Shown in pieces: positions 57,077-64,000 of a DNA stretch of 64,000 nucleotides. The position numbers were made by a program, and so were the translations under genes. Source of the DNA: Azolla caroliniana (taxonomy: Eukaryota > Plantae > Polypodiophyta); contig JBHGNT010000006.1 in NCBI GenBank assembly GCA_043228905.1, positions 12,648,001 to 12,712,000 of the forward strand, written 5' to 3'. The first letter of the stretch is position 1; every line of letters starts with the position of its first letter. Below the pieces are notes generated by a model. That model searched no databases, was not told the DNA's origin, and saw only the letters and a program-made list of their open reading frames with translations.

Positions 57077-60000
57077 CTAAGCATTAAAGAGGGAGACCTC
57101 CCCCAATATGTGTTCGTGTACCCCTTTGGGAACTTTGTAGACAGTGTTGTATCCCTTAACCTTGTGCTTTGCTTGAGTCATTTTGAACTTGATTGCGATA
57201 ATGGCATCAACATAGATAATTGCGGTGGGTGCATCTTTTAACAATGCATATGTTTCTTGCATTGTGGCAACTTTGCATAGTAGTTGCCATACACGACAAA
57301 CTCACCAACATTGAACATGTTGCCCCAACCATCCCTCATGACTTCTTCCAATATTGTATTTCCTTGCTTGTACACCACAATGTAGTAGTCTTCAAACTCT
57401 TCATTCTAAGGAGATTTGAGCACTGCAAAATGATCTCCAACTTCCAATAATATTGCCAAGTTCTCACACTGGTTGTAGTATACAATATTGTCTGAATGTT
57501 CGTTTTCTTGGATATTCAGACTGTGTTCTATCTCTAGCTTCTGTAGCTTCCATGGCTCCACAATTGTTAGATTGGTGCATTTATCCCAAGCTTCATCTAA
57601 ACACATGGAACAAAAGCACGATAAACTGCGGAATAACAATTGTGTTGTGTCCTTGCAACTAAACCCTAAAATACAATGGGTCTTGCGCGCCCCTTTCACG
57701 GTTTTACAACTGTATGATTTACTCCTATCCACCTCATTACCACGAACCTCAATAAACAATCTATTCTTACCATCATTTGACATCTTCCATGTGAACCACT
57801 CCACAACATCATGTGCATTTTGTAGCTTAGCACCTTTATTATCCAACTGCTCCGATGTAAGAGCACGCTTGATCACAATCCCCACGCCATCGTGCTCTCC
57901 CTTTCCATGTCTAGACCCGAAGTAGTTCCATTGCATCCTAATGTTTGTCAATGAGAAATATCTGGGTGTTTTGCATGACGGTTAGCCAACAAACATAATT
58001 AATTGCATGACTTAAACAATAATTATTACTTATGCATGAGTGAACAATACTAATATTTGAATCAGTACAAATGAACAAGAGAGGATAGTACTAAGTTATT
58101 GATTAATACTAATGCACGAAAGAGGATAGTACTAAGTTGGAGATTAGTATTAATAGACGAGAGAGGGAAGTGGTAAGTTATTAATTAGTACTAATGCACG
58201 AGAAAGGATAGTACTAAGTTGGAAATTAGTACTAACAGACGAGAGAGGGGAGTGGTAAATTACTAATCAGTACTAATGCATGAGAGAGAACATCCATAAG
58301 TTATAAGTTGGTCGTAATGAACAAAGTTGGAGAGTACTAAGTTATTAATTAGTACTAAGGCATGACAGAGGACAATCCTAAGTTATAAGTTGGTCTTAAT
58401 GAACAAAGTTCGACAATACTAAGTTATTAGTTAGTACTAATGCATGACAGAGGACAGTTCTAAGTTATAAGTTGGTCTTAATGAACAAAGTTGGACAATA
58501 CTAAGTTAATAATTAGCACTAATGAACATGGTTGGATAGTACTAAGTTAATAATTAGTATTAATGAGAGAGAACAATTCTAAGTTATAAATTAGTACTAA
58601 CGAACAAAGTTGAATACAGCTAAGTTATGAATTAGTACAAACATTATTGAGAGGGGGCAATGTAAGTATTAATTAGTGCTCGTGCTTGCTAGATGGCAAT
58701 CCAAAGTTATAAATTAGTACTAATGAACGAAAGAGGATAGTACTAAGTTATTCATTAGTACTAATGCACAAGAGAGGGCAGTGCTGAGATATAAATTAAT
58801 ACTCGTGCCAATGAAGGAATACAATCCTAAGTTATAAATTAGTACTTGTGCATGTGGGATCTGAGTACTTAGTTGTAAACCATTGTCAATACTTGTGCAT
58901 GTGAACCTTTGGGGACAATACTATGTTGTAAATTACGGATACATTACAAGGCCTCAACCTTAATTAGTACTTGTACACGTAGGACGACAATACTAACCTA
59001 TAAGTTAAGTTTACTTAACATGGTTATTACCATAATCAGTACTAGTGAATCTAGGAGGAGAGAACTAAATGACCAATCAATTTAGATTCACATTCCAAGA
59101 CAGTACTGGTGCAGGTAGCTGGAGAATTACTAATTCAGTATTTTATACAAACATTTATAAGTACTATGGAGTATTACCAAAATAGACTTCCATTTATAAG
59201 TACCAAACATATGGATTATTTCCTCCCCTTGCAATGAAGTAGAAGGACCGGGCTGCCTTAAATTGCAAGGCAGCACCATCAGACCAAACCCAATGCCGAT
59301 TAAAGTTAACACCCAAGGACAATAAATCTACATGGTGAAGCTTAAAACAATGTTGAGCAAATAGCGTATCATGCTTTTTATCATCTGAAATGTAGAATAT
59401 TGATTTCTTATGTAACTCATCGTCTTTTCTCCAATAGCAAATATGTACTAGTATTGTAGATTGGTCATTGTACCAATGCATTGATTGAACCTCATTTTGA
59501 ACTTTAAACGTATAGTTCTCTGCAAAGTCAATAACAGATACTATAACACTTGGTGGTAAGTTATTTATACATTCCTTGAACTGTGAATTTTTCCAATAAC
59601 TTCTAAAGTTATGTGGAATGAACTCCTCGAGTTGGTTCTTAAACTCTGAGACAAGGGTAGCAGCACATGTCTCCTTATATACTTCCTTAATACGCTTACT
59701 AACAAGAACCTTCTGTCACATACTCTAAATATTTCCATTTCACAATATGACAGTTATCTACATCAAGCTCTTGTCTACAAAATGGTGGTTGTGGGCAAAC
59801 TTTACATGTTCTTAGAAGACATGTACGATTATGCCACTCAGATGATGGTTGTTTTTCACAAACAAAAGACCTCCATAACTCAGAAACTAATGCATAAGTC
59901 ATGTTTTGTGCATTACATATATTATCACTCCCATTTGGTCTACATACCTCACAAGTGCAAAACACCCATCCCCGTGTATACCCTTAGAATCAGTACGCAT

Positions 60001-60860
60001 AGTGTTCAGGTCAAGCCTTAACATGTCCATTTTAATGTGGTACACACAACAACATGTGTTCCTCTCTTTAAACTTTCTAACCAGAAACGGTTTCAAACCT
60101 TGGAACTTGTGAAATCCAAGATTGATGTTAGGATGTTGGTCTTTGAAGTTCATGAACAATTCCGCCTACATCACTTAATAAATAACAAACGTTAATAGAA
60201 TCCTTTAGTAAAAAAATATATTTAGAAACAAATAGATAAAAACAAAAGAATTACCTCAGTCATCTCCAAGAAGTGTCTTGGGTGAATCTGGTACCTACCC
60301 CGACTTATACGTTGTCTACATACATCTTTTTTATTCAGTGAGACACGAGTGTTTTTTGTCCAAAAGGAATCCACTTTTTGAATAATCTCATGAGACAAGG
60401 CATCACATCGTCATCTACGGCCTAACCCCAACCACTTAAATTGATTTGATTGTATATTTGTCCGATGCTTCCTCAAGTTTCTTCTTTGAATACCAAGGGC
60501 TAAGGCAACTTTAGTATCACTATATATATATTTTTTCTTGTACCATTTACAACCATGTGAAGGACTGCTCTCTTTGCACCAAGCTTATCTGTGCTCTCTA
60601 CCCCTTTCACAAAGTGTAGTGATGACTTCATAGACTCTACAATCTCCTCTGAAACACATTGGTCCCTAAACTTAATATTCTCCATGCACTCATTAAAAAG
60701 CTGATGGTGTAACACTCTAGCGATAATATCCCTACGATCTTCCTTGGTAAATCTCTCAATTACTTCTAGTAAATAACGAACTATGTGAAGAACCACCCAT
60801 CTCTAGCTCCTCTCAGACATAGAATTGCTACATCACAACTCACTCTCCTTGACATCTACC
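57077..60860 (-). pseudogene. Sola2-like DDD transposase, multi-exon, degenerate
   Basis: IDFAENY..QNEVQSMHW, YISDDKKHD, WSDGAALQFK and WNYFGSRHGKGEHDGVG motifs; Cys-rich segments; probable intron 59227-57962 with a mutated donor. Family assignment is from motif recall. Confidence 0.65.
58060..59050. repeat. Degenerate minisatellite of TTAGTACTAA/CTAAGTTAT units inside the transposase intron
   Basis: Many ~35-40-bp units such as GGATAGTACTAAGTTATTAATTAGTACTAATG. Confidence 0.8.
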
Positions 60861-61858
60861 ATTGCCCTTCTAATGTATTCCAACACCTAATTTCTTGTTA
60901 TTTCAGTACCTAATTAATCAAAATAAATGCTTAATACATCATAGAATAAACGTACTTAATACGTCAATGCAAACGACATCAACCAGTTTTTGAATAAACA
61001 TGTACGATAATACCACACACATATATTCCTTTAACAAAACAATACAGTACTAAGAAAGACAACCATACCAATAGGCTAATATAAAAGTCAAGTTTTAGGT
61101 GTTATCCACATGTGCCTAACATCATTGGCAGAAGATTAGCATTCTATTAAGATCAGGAAATAGTACAAATAACAATATGCTCAACGTAATATGGTAACAA
61201 TGAACAAGTAGATGGAGATGATAATGACAATAATAATCATGATGATGATGAAGACATAATCTTTTCAGCATAAATAAATCTTAAAGTTTCCATTTGAAAG
61301 GATAAACAATAAATATTAAAGCTTAAAAAACAAGTTCTGAAAAAATAGTTCTGAAGACATACCGGGGGAAGGAGAAGATATACCGAGGGAAGGAGACGAC
61401 ATATCGAGGGAAGGAGAGACATACCGACGAAAGGCGAAGATGGTCAGATGTGTGACACAAAGAACGCTTGATCATTTTCACGTAGGTTTGATTCGTAGAT
61501 AAGGAATAGAAAGATCCCAAATCTTGGGGATATTCGCATGTTGTGAATACCTGAGATGCAGAGAACGACAAACAGTGAATCTGAGATGGGCTCGGTTGGA
61601 CGGAGGAAGAGGATGCGCCAAAATGGTGAGAAGCGCCAAATTCAATTAATGTGGCATGCTAAATAAAAAGTGATGGAAATAGCCCCCAAATCAGTCCTGA
61701 CTCCTGAATACGCAACAACTGTCTCCCCCCATTAAATGCAACGTGTACTACCCCCACCCCACTCCCTAAAAAGATTATAAATTTTTTTGATTTTTTTAAA
61801 AGCTTTTCTATAATTACTTAGTACTAACAGTACTAAAAGTACTCGTGTTTTTCTTGGC

Positions 61859-63446
61859 CAAGATAAGAAGCATCAAGAATATGTATGTAGGCTGAAAAAG
61901 GCTCTCTATGGACTAAAACAAGCACCGAAAGCATGGCATAAAGAACTTTCAGAATCTCTGAAAAAATTTGCCTTCAAAATGTCAAAAGTTGATCCATCAT
62001 TGTATGTAAAGAAGATGAATGATTGCATTGTTGTTATCTTGATTTATGTTGATGATTTAATCATTGGAGGTGATTCTATGGATGAAATAAGCAAGCTGAA
62101 TTTTTTTTTTGAAATGCAATTTCATATGAAGGATTTGGGAGAGCTGAGATACTTTCTTCGCATTGAGATGATCAAATCTGAAAGTGGTATATATATGTTG
62201 CAAAAACAGTATGCAACAACTATGTTGAAGAAGTATGGTATGCTTGGATGCAAACCTATTGGTATACCACTAGATAAGAACTGCAAATTGAGGGCTAATT
62301 TGGGAGCCAAAATAGAAGATGTAAACATGTACAGGTCTATGGTGGGCAAACTCATATATTTGACTATAACAAGACTTGACTTGAGTTATGTTGTTGGATT
62401 AGTCAGCCAATTTATGCAACAGCCAACAAAGCCACATTTGAACTGCATTAGAAGAATTTCAAGGTATGTAAAAGCTACTCAAAATTATGGATTGTTTTAC
62501 AGGGCTGATCTGGACATAAAGTTGGAAGGATATATATCACTTTGTTGGAGAAGTGGATCTGTTGTATGTAAGTACAAATCAGCAAGTTGCTGATATTCTT
62601 ACGAAGGGATTGCGCATGGAAAAACATACATAGTTTAGAGACATGATGGGAGTTATAACCATCGTCATTATTAGAGATCTAGGTACTAAAGTAAGCTTAA
62701 GATAAGGATAAACTAATGATAGATAGAAAGGAGAAAGAGAAAGAAGGGTGTCAATCCACCCGACCACCCCCAAGCGAAGGGATCGAGACAGACTCGAGCC
62801 TCGATCGGCGTCCCATACCACCGCCATGGCGTCGAGTCGTACCTGATGCTGGCGCACTCGCTACAAGGGTTGACCCACCACAAGAGCAGAGTCTCGATGT
62901 AGTCAAAAGATGATCAAATGAGGGTAGCTAGGCCTCTTATTTATAGTGATAACCAAGGCCCCCAGGCAAGTTCACACTTGACCTAATGGGTTGTCTCAAT
63001 CCCGAGGATTAAAAGTAATCCTCCCCTTCTTTACACTCTCGTTTAACCCTCATACTTATCCACTTGTATAGAATACTACGGTAAATTCTCACCACGGGAT
63101 ATTATATGGCCATGCCCATAACAGTCATGGTAGTTGAAAAGCATGAAGAAAAGAAGATTGAAGTGTTAGGAAACTGGTCCCTCCGGATGAGGAGTACCCG
63201 GCTACGGATGACCCGGTGAGAACCAGACGATGAGTGCCCGGCAAGCACCGGATGATGCAGGCTCGGTGAAGAGTGATCACCAGATGAAGGGACATATTTG
63301 TAAATATGTTTCTGAGAGTCCATCGGGGCTATATTTGTAAATAGCCAAAAAGTCATATTAGTATAAATATGACTTAGGGCAAACAGAGAATGTAATGGTT
63401 GTTGTCATTCTTGTTGGTGCAAGACTAGAGAGCGCGTAACTGTGTA

Positions 63447-63484
<38 letters not shown>

Positions 63485-64000
63485 GAGGTCGTTGCGTCTG
63501 TTGTAACCGCCGCCTGTGGCGAAGATCGTGAGCACGAGGTCGTTGCCTCTGTGAGCTCACTGTTATAATCATTGTGATATAGTGATAGTTTGGAGTCTGT
63601 GGACTCCCGTGGTTTTTCCCTCTCAAGGTTTTCCACGTTAAACATCATGTGTACTCTTCTCTCCTTTGTGTCGTGTGTTCATTTCCCATTTTTCTGTGTT
63701 TTGATTCTAAGCTCGGTTGAGGAAGAGCGTTACGCACTGAGCGTGTAGTTCCTGTCATGAAGATGATCCCAAGAAAGGATAAGTTGAGCTTGAGGGGGAG
63801 TGTTGAGAAGCAAGTTGAACAAAGTTATGTGATGCTTATTGAGAAATAAGCTATAGTAGGTATTAGCCAATTAGCTACTAGTGGACATAAAGGTGAAACA
63901 ACTATTTAGCTATTGAAAACTATTTAGCTGCATATATAAGTCACTTATAACTTAGGTAAAAAGTAAGTAGAAAAGTGAGTAAGAGTGAGAGTAGAGAAGA
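61859..64000 (+). mobile_element. Ty1/copia remnant L: RT, deleted RNaseH, PPT and 3' LTR from 63801
   Basis: VCRLKKALYGLKQAP, LIYVDDLII and QVADILTKGL motifs; TGAGGGGGAG|TGTTG junction. Confidence 0.85.
63164..63757 (+). mobile_element. Solo LTR of the K family with TSD TGAAG
   Basis: Reverse-complement similarity to the K LTRs; TGTTAGG...TGTCA; TGAAG at 63159-63163 and 63758-63762. Confidence 0.9.

Larger units (their letters stand above)
41245..61858. mobile_element. Large DNA transposon (Sola2-like DDD transposase plus convergent second gene), carrying nested D and K
   Basis: Transposase on - and second gene on +. Sequence either side of D is continuous. TTGGCCAA and TTAGTACT motifs occur at both putative ends; termini uncertain. 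Confidence 0.5.

Noticed and set aside
58060-59050. CRISPR-like array
   Set aside because: Eukaryotic intron context, degenerate repeats with related rather than unique spacers, and no cas genes.
62668-63106. Possible additional solo LTR inside copia L
   Set aside because: It has a minus-strand TATA-like motif but no TG..CA termini or TSD that I could verify.

Overview
AT-rich eukaryotic plant DNA, probably from a fern or other non-seed plant (inferred from the Tcn1-like chromoviruses and long GA/TCC microsatellites). One host gene, an intact 13-exon trehalase (22165-27225, +), lies between two dense transposon nests. The left nest (1-19060) has six LTR retrotransposons stacked inside one another, all on the minus strand: four Ty3/gypsy chromoviruses and two Ty1/copia. 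The right nest (31000-64000) has copia elements, solo LTRs, a fifth chromovirus and a large Sola2-like DDD DNA transposon with a convergent RING-finger gene. Element letters (A, B1, B2, C, D, E1, F-L) are my own labels. The main result is a conserved non-coding architecture in the chromoviruses. (1) Every chromovirus LTR whose U3 is visible (seven copies) carries an antisense, outward-facing tRNA-like Pol III A-box/B-box module near the U3 end, with the canonical 44-nt spacing in six copies and 47 nt in one. (2) The elements lack a tRNA PBS and show a 12-nt Tf1-type self-priming complement. (3) An interchangeable enhancer array (heat-shock elements or RY-like repeats) precedes the TATA box. 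(4) A G_UUA_AAC slippery site plus pseudoknot with a compensatory change sits at the gag/pol junction. All coordinates were read by eye; no database searches were run.
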